Source of the DNA: Candidatus Sericytochromatia bacterium
GTDB taxonomy: Bacteria > Cyanobacteriota > Sericytochromatia > S15B-MN24 > JAQBPE01
Length of the DNA stretch: 48,665 bases
Direction of reading: 5' to 3'
Assembly (NCBI GenBank): GCA_040400605.1
Contig: JBBAPZ010000022.1
Span: 1 to 48,665 of the forward strand
Shown: one piece after another, positions 1 through 9,122 of the stretch
Position numbering within the stretch: position 1 is the first letter of the stretch
Layout: each line of letters begins with the position of its first letter
The notes under the pieces: generated by a model
The model's database searches: none
Told to the model about the DNA's origin: nothing
What the model saw: the letters and a program-made list of their open reading frames with translations, nothing else
Program-made: the position numbers and the translations under genes

Positions 1-1523
1 TGCGTCTCTTGCCACGCCTTGGCTGGCGAGGAAATCGTCGCTGGCAGTGTGCCACGTTTGAACGCCTCCAGAATCAAATGCTCGGAACCACTGGCCAGCG
101 ATCGCTCACCGAGTTGGTTGCCGTCAGCATCTTCGATAACGTCCCCTCCCGACACAACCAACGCCATTTGATACTTGGCCCGCGCCGACGAACTCGCGGC
201 CAACGGCGCATTGAAACTCAGGGTCGCTTCGTTGCCCGCCGCATTCCAACTCACGGTCGCGCGGGTATCGGCATCGTCCAAAAATACTGAGCCTTTGCGG
301 ATCCCATACCCACCCGGCACCGGTGCCGCGGTATCGGTTGAACCGTCGAGATCCGTCGGCGCATCACCACCTGCCTGCGCGGCGGCATTCGCCGGAAACA
401 TCCGCAATGCGTTCTCAAAGCGTCGCCGATTGGTCTCATTCAGTGCCTCCGACAAAGTCAACCGATATTGCACGGATGTGGCATCGACGTCATTGGCCCG
501 ATGCTCAGGGCTGGTCGAGACAATTTCGGGTGAGTTGGAGATAAAGTGGGCCTGATTGAAATTCACCGTGTTGCTCAAGCCGGCAAGGGCCTGAAACGAC
601 TGCACCTTGACACGCCGGGTCCAGCCAGGCTTCGTGGCGGCAAGCTCCAGCACCACCCCCTCAGGAACATCATTGAACACATAGGCGCCTGCGGCTGTCG
701 TCGTGGTGCGTTCGTAGGGAAAGCGGGCATCCAGTGAGCGAATCACAACCGTCGCAGCATCGACCGGGGCCCCCTCCTCATCTTGAACCGTGCCGCTCAC
801 CACCACCCGCGTGACATTCGGCGGCAGTGACGCGCCGGGTTGGGGTGTCATCACAGTGATCGGGCCCACGGCATGCACGATACTGCCTTCCAGAAACCCG
901 ATTTGCACCGGCGCCTGCCCCGAGTAAATGGCATCCGCGAGCTTGATCAAAACCGCCACCGGGGGCTGAAGTGGATCAGCCGTCGCACCCAGCGTATCAA
1001 ACCACTGGTAGCGCTGATAACCCGCATCCGTATACGTTTGAGGATTTCCCTTGTTCGGCGAGGACTCATCAATGATCCCGATGACGGTGCCATCTGCGCT
1101 CAACGCCTCAAGCCGCAACCAGTAGCGCGTTGCGTAGTTCAAGTTACCCAGGGTGAAGTTGAAAACCCCGTTAACGGGGAAAATGTTCCAGGCGCTCGCC
1201 AGCGGGGTGGCGGCCGGCGTGTTGGTTTCGCTGACGTGGGTGTAGACGTGGGCGTGAATCCGCGCCACATCACCAACTTTATAACCCTCAAGCTGTTTCA
1301 GCCCATAACCGGACCGCCCGACCATCACCGAAAAAGCCACCATCCCCTTGGCCTGTCCCGCAACGACCGGTGACAGCACCATCGACAACCCTTTGATTCC
1401 AGCAGGCACGCCTGTATCAGGCCCCTGACACCCCACCACGGCCAACACCGCAGCCAGTACGGCTACGGAAATCGAATACCTCGACACGGGTGCCACACCT
1501 GGCTTGCTGCGTTCAGGAATCAT
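1..1523 (-). CDS. Secreted lipoprotein, partial (runs off window): N-terminal domain paralogous to 6147..6743, then a carboxypeptidase-regulatory-like beta-sandwich and an Ig-like domain
   Basis: Not in the ORF track because there is no stop in the window. My translation from ATG 1523: MIPERSKPGVAPVSRYSISVAVLAAVLAVVGC (lipobox) ... FNFTLGNLNYATRYWLRLEAL ... VSGTVQDEEGAPVDAATVVIRS ... SNSPEIVSTSPEHRANDV; open to position 1. Confidence 0.8.
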   Translation of the reverse strand, partial: MIPERSKPGVAPVSRYSISVAVLAAVLAVVGCQGPDTGVPAGIKGLSMVLSPVVAGQAKGMVAFSVMVGRSGYGLKQLEGYKVGDVARIHAHVYTHVSETNTPAATPLASAWNIFPVNGVFNFTLGNLNYATRYWLRLEALSADGTVIGIIDESSPNKGNPQTYTDAGYQRYQWFDTLGATADPLQPPVAVLIKLADAIYSGQAPVQIGFLEGSIVHAVGPITVMTPQPGASLPPNVTRVVVSGTVQDEEGAPVDAATVVIRSLDARFPYERTTTTAAGAYVFNDVPEGVVLELAATKPGWTRRVKVQSFQALAGLSNTVNFNQAHFISNSPEIVSTSPEHRANDVDATSVQYRLTLSEALNETNRRRFENALRMFPANAAAQAGGDAPTDLDGSTDTAAPVPGGYGIRKGSVFLDDADTRATVSWNAAGNEATLSFNAPLAASSSARAKYQMALVVSGGDVIEDADGNQLGERSLASGSEHLILEAFKRGTLPATISSPAKAWQET

Positions 1524-1628
1524 CACGGTCTGCTTTAACAATAACGATCGGTGCCACGCTCTAACCATGTACCCACATTGACACTTCTTTTCAAGATATC
1601 TTGCAGTCCAGCCGCGATACGCGACACT

Positions 1629-1848
1629 AACGCATCGGTTTCTGGTCAAAACTTGTGTAGCCAACTCGAAACATCCGGCACTGACTCGGAACCATCAAAA
1701 CAATTCGCAAGGATAGACCGATCGATGTCGGGTGTTACCTGCGGCATGGTCACAACGAATGTTTGACGAATAATCAGTCAATCTGATGGTTGACACTGAC
1801 TCATTGTTTTTGAACAACAGTCAACATTTGATCACCAATCAACGCGTT
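1629..1848. repeat. Long form of a degenerate palindromic intergenic repeat (MITE/REP-like)
   Basis: Imperfect terminal inverted repeats 1629-1655 and 1822-1848 (19/27 match), inner inverted repeat AACCATCA (1690) / TGATGGTT (1784). 1724-1792 matches 21842-21910 at 56/69 nt, ungapped. Confidence 0.65.
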
Positions 1849-2120
1849 TCTGCATCGTTGGGCCAATTTCAAAATTTGTCCTGTTCGTCAGAACGCAGTT
1901 GACTTTTGCCGGCTTGCTGGGTACAAATGACTCGGTTGCATTTTTCATGCTTGTCCCGGGTTACGATTTGATGAAGTTTTCCCCATTGGTCAGGATGAAT
2001 CCGGCTAAACCATGTTCATCCAACCCACGTGCGTGTCGTTGCAAGCGCCCAGAGGTGTTGGCTGACGTGCCGCACGTGATGGTCATACTGGTGTCACAGC
2101 GTAGTTAATGAGGTTCCGTC

Positions 2121-3206
2121 ATGAACGCAAAATGGCTACCCATGGCTTTGGTTATGATTGCCCTTGGTGGCTGCAACATCCCCGGCTTGCTGTCAGGGGA
2201 TGATTTCGATGGAATTGCCGCCAGCAGTGCCCGCAGCACCCCGACGCGGATACTCAAGGGACAGGCAGAGGAGAGCATCCAAAGCCTGGCCTTCAGCCCG
2301 AATGGTCAAACCATCGCGTCAGGGGGCGACACCCAATTGGTCAAGCTCTGGAATGTCAACACAGGCAAGGTGACAAAGACCCTCAAAGGCCATGACAAGC
2401 CCATCGACTGGGTGGGCTACAGCCCGGACGGCAAAACCTTGGCAAGCGCGAGCGAAGGCGTGGTCAAGCTGTGGGACCCCAGCACGGGGGAAGCGCGCTT
2501 GAGCATCAACACGGGGGAAAAGGGCATTCCGACGGTCGTGTTTAGCCCGGATGGGAAGCGTCTCGCCACTTTGGACGGTAATGACGAGCTGGTGTTCTGG
2601 GATGTGACGAGCGGCGAAAAGCTGGAGGCTCCCTCTTTCGGGAACAAACTGAGGACCATTTCCTTCACACCGGACGGTGAACAGGTCGCAGTGGTGCGAC
2701 AATCAAGCGGGAAGATTGAGTTTCTGGATCTCAAAACCGGCGAGCGCAAAGCGAAACTGAGCGGAGAGCAATCGTGGCTGGCTGACCTCCGCTTCAGTCC
2801 GGACGGCAAGCTCCTGGTCAGTCGCGACGCGACGGAGATCACCTTGTGGCGTGGCGCCGCTTGGGAAAACGGCACGACGCTTGAGAATTCCCCCATGACC
2901 GACATTGCGGAGATCAGTTTTAGCCCGGACAGCAAACGAATGGCTGTGGCTTGGCGCTTTGGCATCACCGTGTGGGATTTGGACACCGGGAAACAGACGC
3001 GTTCGTATATGTGGAAAGGAACACCCAAGCGCGATGACTGGGGTGCGATATTCCCTATCTTTAGACAGGCAGACTACCACGAGCCGACGTGCGTTGCCTA
3101 CAGTCCTGACGGCAAACGCATCGCCAGTGGGATTTCAAACCACGACATTGCCATCCAATCGGCGGATAACACTTGGGCGATCGCCTTGTGGGACATAAAG
3201 CCCTAA
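2121..3206 (+). CDS. WD40-repeat (beta-propeller) lipoprotein
   Basis: Signal peptide with lipobox LGGC; repeated FSPDG...LAS...LWD/WN and GH motifs; GAGG RBS. Confidence 0.9.
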   Translation: MNAKWLPMALVMIALGGCNIPGLLSGDDFDGIAASSARSTPTRILKGQAEESIQSLAFSPNGQTIASGGDTQLVKLWNVNTGKVTKTLKGHDKPIDWVGYSPDGKTLASASEGVVKLWDPSTGEARLSINTGEKGIPTVVFSPDGKRLATLDGNDELVFWDVTSGEKLEAPSFGNKLRTISFTPDGEQVAVVRQSSGKIEFLDLKTGERKAKLSGEQSWLADLRFSPDGKLLVSRDATEITLWRGAAWENGTTLENSPMTDIAEISFSPDSKRMAVAWRFGITVWDLDTGKQTRSYMWKGTPKRDDWGAIFPIFRQADYHEPTCVAYSPDGKRIASGISNHDIAIQSADNTWAIALWDIKP

Positions 3207-3227
3207 CCGCTCCCACGAGGCCGCCAG

Positions 3228-4745
3228 TCATTCGAGGTCCAGGCTCAGTTGCCGCCACACTTGCTTTGGCGTACGCGTTCGGGACCGGGCACGGTTACGG
3301 CTGCCAAGCCGGCCATAAACCTGTTTGGCCTGCGCCTTGAAGTCATCGCTTTGACGGGCTTGCCCGAGGCGTTGGCGGGCGAGGCGAATGGCGTCTTCGT
3401 GCACCACAATGGGTTTTTTGTAACCCTCGGGCGGGGTGTGCCAATGCCATGGCGCGTGCAAAAAGGCATCCGGCACCTCGCGCAACTCCGGCAGGTAACG
3501 ACGGATAAAGCGCCCGTGGGGGTCGTTGTCGATGGACTGCTTCACCGGGTTGTACATCCGGACGGCATTGATCCCCGTTACCCCGGATTGCATCTGAAAC
3601 TGCGCATAATGGATGCCCGGCTCGTAATCAGTGAACAAACCCGCCAGATAAGGTGCCGTTTGTCGCCAATCCAGCCACAAATGGTAACTGGCAAACGAAA
3701 CGAGCATGGCCCGCATGCGAAACGTAATCCAGCCGTTGGCAATCAGGCTGCGCATGCAGGCATCCACCAACGGATACCCGGTTTGCCCCGTCTTCCATGC
3801 TTCGAAATAATCCTCGCGGAAATAGGGTTCACGCATCCCTTCAAACGCTGGGTGCATGCAGCGTCGTTCGATGTCCGGTGCCTGCTCCAGTTTTTGCACG
3901 AAGTGACAGCGCCAGGCCAGTCGCGACAAGAATGCCGCCAAATTGCGCGTAAAGGGGTCGCTCACTGCGGATGGTTCCGTGGCGAGTGCCGCGAGGCGTC
4001 GTCGGGTGGCTTGTTCAATTTCGCGCACGGATAAGGTGCCGTAGGCGATGTGTGGACTCAGACGGGAACAGTGACGCGCGGAGACACCGGGCTGTGAAAT
4101 GGTCTGTAGATACTTTTTGGCGCGATCCAGCAAAAAGGATTCCAGGATTTTCACGCCCTGCGATCGCCCACCCGGCTGGGCACGGCCTGCCAACGGCTCA
4201 CCGAAGCGGGGAGAGTCCTTGGGCGGCAACGCATCACCGTTCAGGCTGGGCAAAAACTGCCAAGACGCCGGCACAGGCAAAACCGCCTCGGCCATGCGGG
4301 TGTCCCGAAGCTGGGCCCAGCCATCCCGGCTCTTGAGGCGACGCACCACCCCATGCGACGGATACTCGTGCCAGGTGATGCCGTGGGACTGGCACCAGGC
4401 AGCGACCATGCGATCGCGACCATAGCTCCAGTCGTTGCCAGTCTCTTCGTGCGAATGCAGGACAAGGTCTCCCAGGTCCTGCCGCAAAGTCTCAAGAACC
4501 CCAACGGCATCACCCGTGCGTACCAACAAGCTGCCGCCACGCCGCGTCAATCCGGCAGCCAATTCTTGCAGGCTGTCGCGAATGAAATGCCAGTGCCGAA
4601 GCGAACTGTCTGGTTGCTGCCATAACACAGGCTCGATGATATACAGCGCCACGAGTGGCCCCGCCTGCGCCGCCGCACACAAAGGCGCGTGATCATGCAA
4701 ACGCAGATCCCGTTTAAACCAAAGCACCTGCGGACTTGCTTCCAT
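3228..4745 (-). CDS. Cryptochrome/DNA photolyase family FAD-binding protein
   Basis: WFKRDLRLHDH N-terminal motif, SRLSPHIAYG, GQTGYPLVDACMR, GWITFRMRAM. Start moved to ATG 4745 (GGAGGA RBS). Confidence 0.92.
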   Translation of the reverse strand: MEASPQVLWFKRDLRLHDHAPLCAAAQAGPLVALYIIEPVLWQQPDSSLRHWHFIRDSLQELAAGLTRRGGSLLVRTGDAVGVLETLRQDLGDLVLHSHEETGNDWSYGRDRMVAAWCQSHGITWHEYPSHGVVRRLKSRDGWAQLRDTRMAEAVLPVPASWQFLPSLNGDALPPKDSPRFGEPLAGRAQPGGRSQGVKILESFLLDRAKKYLQTISQPGVSARHCSRLSPHIAYGTLSVREIEQATRRRLAALATEPSAVSDPFTRNLAAFLSRLAWRCHFVQKLEQAPDIERRCMHPAFEGMREPYFREDYFEAWKTGQTGYPLVDACMRSLIANGWITFRMRAMLVSFASYHLWLDWRQTAPYLAGLFTDYEPGIHYAQFQMQSGVTGINAVRMYNPVKQSIDNDPHGRFIRRYLPELREVPDAFLHAPWHWHTPPEGYKKPIVVHEDAIRLARQRLGQARQSDDFKAQAKQVYGRLGSRNRARSRTRTPKQVWRQLSLDLE

Positions 4746-4885
4746 CCATCCTCCCAAGGGTGCGGCAGGCAAGCAACAACTTCCGTAGAATCTTAACACC
4801 AACCAAGGAACCCCAACGATACGAACGGCAAAAAGCGGGAAAGAAAAGCACAGAGACAATCTGACAATAGTAACTCGGAGGAACG

Positions 4886-5194
4886 ATGCGATTGACAGCG
4901 ATCACCTGCTTGGTCGGTGCACTGCTAATAACAGCCTGCAAACAACAGGAAGAAGCAGCCAAGGATGTTGGCCGGACGGTTGCCCAAACCCGTGTGCAAG
5001 AGCCAATTCAAAACGCGCGCCGGGTGGTGGCCAAACTCGAAAAAAGCCAGTCCGTGCTGTTCGACCCAACAAGCAACCTGTTTCACAAAACCGGTTGCCG
5101 CAACGCTGACGTGTCCACCATGGAAGCATTGACCATGGGGGCCGCCGAAGAACGCGGTGGAAAGCCTGACAAGGCATGCCTGCCAGGGCAGTGA
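4886..5194 (+). CDS. Small lipoprotein with a C-terminal Ada-Zn-binding-like segment
   Basis: GGAGGA RBS, lipobox LITAC; C-terminal FHKTGC...AEERGGKPDKACLP resembles FHxxxC...GYRPCKxC. Confidence 0.7.
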   Translation: MRLTAITCLVGALLITACKQQEEAAKDVGRTVAQTRVQEPIQNARRVVAKLEKSQSVLFDPTSNLFHKTGCRNADVSTMEALTMGAAEERGGKPDKACLPGQ

Positions 5195-5244
5195 TGCGCA
5201 CGGTTGCTTAAAACGGACTACACGCACCCCAAGGAGCCTTCCCC

Positions 5245-5808
5245 ATGCTGTCCTTGATCGTGAAGTTGGTGTTTTTGACCGTGACAGCCATCCCTGCCTA
5301 TATTGGTGCTGGCGTTGGCTGGGATTCAGCTCACATTTCCGGCAAGGATCCCATCGAGGGAGCCGGAACCGGAGCATACTGGGCCACGACAATCAGTATC
5401 CTGACCGCTACAGCGATCGCCGCTGTTTTGATTGTGGTGTGCTTTTCCGGGCTGCACGACGGTGGGGAAGCCGGTATACTCATCGGCATCATCAGCTATG
5501 TGATTACTGGTGGAATTCTCGCAAGCATCATTGTTGGCATGCTTGCCGGATTTGGTGCGAAATTTGGCGCCCGGAGGAGTCGGAGCGCTGCACGACAGTA
5601 CGCTACCGCAGCGACAGCAATCGGTTTTTTGGTGCTCCCCTTTATCCTTGCCGTAGTCATCATGTTTGGGTTGGAGAACGAACGTCACCACAACCGCAGT
5701 CACTCGCTGCTGGAACACCCGCCGGCAGCAATAGCACACCAGGCGACCATTGTGGTGTCTGCGTGCGTCACAATCTCTCAGGTGGAACAGTCAAACCTCA
5801 CATACTAA
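5245..5808 (+). CDS. Hypothetical multi-pass membrane protein
   Basis: AAGGAG RBS, about 4 hydrophobic Gly-rich segments. Confidence 0.6.
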   Translation: MLSLIVKLVFLTVTAIPAYIGAGVGWDSAHISGKDPIEGAGTGAYWATTISILTATAIAAVLIVVCFSGLHDGGEAGILIGIISYVITGGILASIIVGMLAGFGAKFGARRSRSAARQYATAATAIGFLVLPFILAVVIMFGLENERHHNRSHSLLEHPPAAIAHQATIVVSACVTISQVEQSNLTY

Positions 5809-6109
5809 AAAACGGATTGGGCGTGAGTTCCCGGTCGGCAACAATCTCAAGCGCCGCCGGTGCCTTCGGCGCTCCCACGAACTTGTCGCTTTCAAGCGCA
5901 AACGCGTTTTTCACAAAGGTGTCGACATCATTCACACGACGGGCCTTCAGCGCAAAATATGCAATCTGCTGGGGATCATAACTGCTCAAACGAACGGAAT
6001 CGGCAAACTGGAACACATCATCGTGGAAGTTGTTGCCAACCGCTTCGCGCTCGATGAACGCGAGCCAGGATTCAATCTGTTTTGGCTTGAACGCTTTGTT
6101 GGTGCCCAG
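5798..6109 (-). CDS. Hypothetical protein (~103 aa), possible CTG start
   Basis: Protein-like composition in ORF 5798..6211. GGAGGA lies about 9 nt upstream of an in-frame CTG at 6109, just after the stop of the upstream lipoprotein gene. Confidence 0.5.
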   Translation of the reverse strand: MGTNKAFKPKQIESWLAFIEREAVGNNFHDDVFQFADSVRLSSYDPQQIAYFALKARRVNDVDTFVKNAFALESDKFVGAPKAPAALEIVADRELTPNPFFSM

Positions 6110-6146
6110 CTGCGTGAATTCCTCCGCCCCATTGCCCCCTGCTATG

Positions 6147-6743
6147 TCAAGGCAAGATGATTGAAGGCGACGACGATGGCCTAAGAATGGTGCCCGGGGT
6201 GAACGTGACATTTACGGGCGCGCGGCCGTCATAAGTGACGTCATCCATTCTGAGTGCGACATTAATCTCTTGCTGCAATTGAGAGGCCGTTTGCGAATTG
6301 GTTGTGAATTCATGAAAACCGTCGTTAGTGGGAATTCGCCCCACTTCGGCACTGGCGGCATCGAGGGCCACGATTTTCAGCCAGTAGGCAGTGGTGTAAT
6401 CAAGACTCGTGAGTGTGAAACGAAATCCTTGATTGGCGCGTGGCACACGGTTGATGGTGACCAGGGGTGCAAAGGTGGCATTCGGTTGGGGTTTCAGGCC
6501 CAGCGCAACAGACAAGGCGGCCACATCCGAGACAGGCACAGGGGCTGCAATCTGCTGAACCCGATAATTGCGTGTTGGGTCGAGGCTTACTTGCACGGTG
6601 GTCATCAATTGTCCTGTGCCAGGCACAGCAAACGTGTTCGGTGACGTAACAGTTGGCATTGTCTGACAACCCATGGCAACGCAACCGATGATGAGTGTTG
6701 CAGCCATTCCATGTCGAAGCGTCACAGGTTTCTCCTTCATCAT
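6147..6743 (-). CDS. Lipoprotein of unknown family (single beta-rich domain)
   Basis: Lipobox-like AMGC; begins 3 nt after the upstream gene's stop; aligns with the N-terminal domain of the 1..1523 product. Confidence 0.8.
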   Translation of the reverse strand: MMKEKPVTLRHGMAATLIIGCVAMGCQTMPTVTSPNTFAVPGTGQLMTTVQVSLDPTRNYRVQQIAAPVPVSDVAALSVALGLKPQPNATFAPLVTINRVPRANQGFRFTLTSLDYTTAYWLKIVALDAASAEVGRIPTNDGFHEFTTNSQTASQLQQEINVALRMDDVTYDGRAPVNVTFTPGTILRPSSSPSIILP

Positions 6744-6746
6744 TGG

Positions 6747-8006
6747 TCAGTCAATCAGGGGGGTGGCTGGCACGATGCCGGGTGAACGGGATGGGCGTTG
6801 CACCGTGCCGGGGCTTACGGTGACGGTGACGCCAAGATCCACACCCGCGCGCAAGTCCTCGGGGCGAATGGTGGGGGCTTCGGTTGCGGCAGCGGTGGGC
6901 GCCGCGGTTGGGGCGGCGGTGGGTGCTGCGGTTGGGGCGGCAGTGGGTGCGCCGGTTGGTTGTGCGACCACCAGGGCCTCGGTTGCGATGACCTTGACGG
7001 CATTGATCAATTCGCCAACATCGGCACTTGTCTGAACGGCGACATCTAACACCTTGGCCAATTCGACAAAACTGGTCAACAAAGGAATCGTGGGTGCGGT
7101 CGTAGTGGCGGGTCCCGGCTGTTCCGGGCCACCACTGGCGCTTGCAACCGGTGCCTCCGTGCGGGTGGCATCGGGCGCGATGACGGCTGAAGGCGGCAAA
7201 ACCGCCAAAGCCTGCTGCAAGAGGGTTGCCGCTTGCGCGGATTCAAAGAGTTGATCCAAAGCGGGCGCCAGTTTGCCGAAATTCTCAAAAAACTGCTCGA
7301 CACGGCTTGCATCAAACACGATGTCTTGCCGAGCCTCAGACAGTACCTTGGCCGTCGCCAAAGTTGTTCCCAACGTGATATCGTGCCGGTTCGCATCACG
7401 TCCCGAACTCCCAAGCGTTGTCAAGGCGCGCTCGCCATTCGGCCGCGCCTGACTCAAACTGCGCACCGCCCCCGCATAAACGACCCTGGCCGCCACCAAA
7501 AACGTCAAGCCTTTGCGCACACTGAACACATACTGCCCAGCCGCATCCGTGACGGTCGGTTCCGCGCCGACCAAGGGTTTACCGGCAATATCCGTCAAGT
7601 AAATCTCCGAACCAACCAACGGGCCCGTCACCCCCTCACCCTGCAATAAACGATAATTGCCACCGCCTTGGGCCACCAGATTGCCACCGCCCTGCGCCAC
7701 CAGATTACCGCCACCTTGGGCGACAAGGTTACCGCCGCCCTGCGCGACGAGATTGCCGCCCCCTTGGGCCACCAGGCCAGGCGGCACCCGGGCAAAGCCA
7801 CTCACCAGGACAAAGTTGCCGCCACCCTGGGCGACCAGGTTACCCCCGCCTTGCGCGACGAGATTGCCGCCGCCTTGGGCGACCAGGTCGTTGATCCCGC
7901 CCAGGCGATCGCCCGCATTGACTTGCCCCACTGGCCCCTGACACGCACCAAGGCCAATCCAGACACCCAGCACGGAGGCATGTTGCCACAGTCTGTTGGC
8001 CAACAT
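6747..8006 (-). CDS. Lipoprotein with LVAQGGGN repeats, carboxypeptidase-regulatory-like domain and PTAA linker
   Basis: GGAGGA RBS, lipobox LGAC, 3+5 LVAQGGGN octapeptides, TDAAGQYVF motif, about 5 PTAA units. Confidence 0.88.
   Translation of the reverse strand: MLANRLWQHASVLGVWIGLGACQGPVGQVNAGDRLGGINDLVAQGGGNLVAQGGGNLVAQGGGNFVLVSGFARVPPGLVAQGGGNLVAQGGGNLVAQGGGNLVAQGGGNLVAQGGGNYRLLQGEGVTGPLVGSEIYLTDIAGKPLVGAEPTVTDAAGQYVFSVRKGLTFLVAARVVYAGAVRSLSQARPNGERALTTLGSSGRDANRHDITLGTTLATAKVLSEARQDIVFDASRVEQFFENFGKLAPALDQLFESAQAATLLQQALAVLPPSAVIAPDATRTEAPVASASGGPEQPGPATTTAPTIPLLTSFVELAKVLDVAVQTSADVGELINAVKVIATEALVVAQPTGAPTAAPTAAPTAAPTAAPTAAATEAPTIRPEDLRAGVDLGVTVTVSPGTVQRPSRSPGIVPATPLID
7656..7886 (-). 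repeat. Coding tandem repeats, 24-nt unit (LVAQGGGN x3 at 7815-7886 and x5 at 7656-7775)
   Basis: Identical peptide units with divergent synonymous codons. Confidence 0.95.
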
Positions 8007-8296
8007 TCAGTCAAAATCCTCCCCAGCGCACCATGACCGGAAACCGTCGATTGCGGGGGCAAACAAGCTGGCCCTGTGCATCGAGTCAGCCAGGCATTCA
8101 AAACTTGTGAGGCTGGCTGTGAAGTTCCCGCGATTCCAGCCGGCGACAAAAATGTCAAAACCGATACGGTGTTTTTGCATCGGAATCGCTCCCGTTCACA
8201 TACGATCACAGGAAATTACCGAGGAGCAGGGATCGGCCATCCCTCCTGTTCCCACTTACCCAACTCGGTATCGACTCAAAACCGCTACATCCAAAT

Positions 8297-8539
8297 CGCT
8301 GGCTGGTCATGGGGCTTGTGCTTCTGATTGTCAGTTCTCGCATCCTCGTTTGGGGCGCGGTTGCGCCGGAAGTATTCAACCGGGACGTGCTTGTAATGAC
8401 AACGCTCACCCTGGCTCTTTTCATTAACAGTTACGGATTTCGGAACGCAGGTCATATTAGCCGCATCAAAGGCACCGTCTTGTTAACTTCATACCTTGCG
8501 TATATGGGCTATTTGATTGTCACGGAATTCGGTGGCTGA
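8297..8539 (+). pseudogene. Remnant of a CaCA-family Na+/Ca2+ antiporter (YrbG-like), C-terminal part with internal deletion
   Basis: WLVMGLVLLIVSSRILVWGAV is joined directly to APEVFNRDVLVM...GHISRIKGTVLL...YLI. The second alpha-repeat (GTSLPE...GNxxGSN) that normally lies between, and the whole N-terminal half, are missing. Confidence 0.7.
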
Positions 8540-9056
8540 GCACGCTCGTGCATCACGCGATTGAACCCCGGACAAGCAAATCTCTCACCGGTGTTCCTCC
8601 TTGTCACGGGGCTAACGCCGCTCGTTCCTGCGGAACCTCGATGCGGATTATCAGGGACAAGACGCTAAAGACCACTCACACCGTAGCACACTGACAACAA
8701 AAGGCTTCACCAACAAACCTGATTCGATTTCGAAAACCGGAATCAAACCGGCCTACATGCCCGGCATAAAGAAGCGGAAAGGAAAAATCAAGCGGATTTC
8801 CGTGCGTACTCGCTGTTCCCGTTCTGAAAACAAGTTTAGTCAAAGCCGCTGCTTGCCTGGCCATCCATTGACAGGAAGATAATGCCTCTTTGGCGGATCA
8901 GTTTCAACCCTGTTCAGCCAGTATTGGACAACGCCCGTAAACTCTCGGGTTGGCGCCTAGATTCAGCAACTGACAACACATTCCCCTGCCATGGTGAGTG
9001 CGTATTCGACAGCAGCCACAGGATCGGCCGCCAACGGAACCCCGCATCGCACGCAC

Positions 9057-9100
9057 AAAAAAACCACCGGCCCAAGTTAGCTTGGAAACCGGCGGTTTTT
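9057..9100. terminator. Rho-independent (likely bidirectional) terminator downstream of ssrA
   Basis: AAAAACCACCGG-CCCAAG-TTAG-CTTGG-AAA-CCGGCGGTTTTT hairpin with A/T tails; second hairpin GGGTTCC-GG-GGAACCC at 9103-9118. Confidence 0.7.
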
Positions 9101-9122
9101 CTGGGTTCCGGGGAACCCTCTA

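Noticed and set aside
7656..7886. 24-nt repeats as a CRISPR array
   Set aside because: No spacers, in-frame coding, variation only at synonymous sites, and no cas genes.
8540..9122. Intact integrative element at the tmRNA 3' end
   Set aside because: No integrase and no duplicated ssrA 3' end (att) found in the window.
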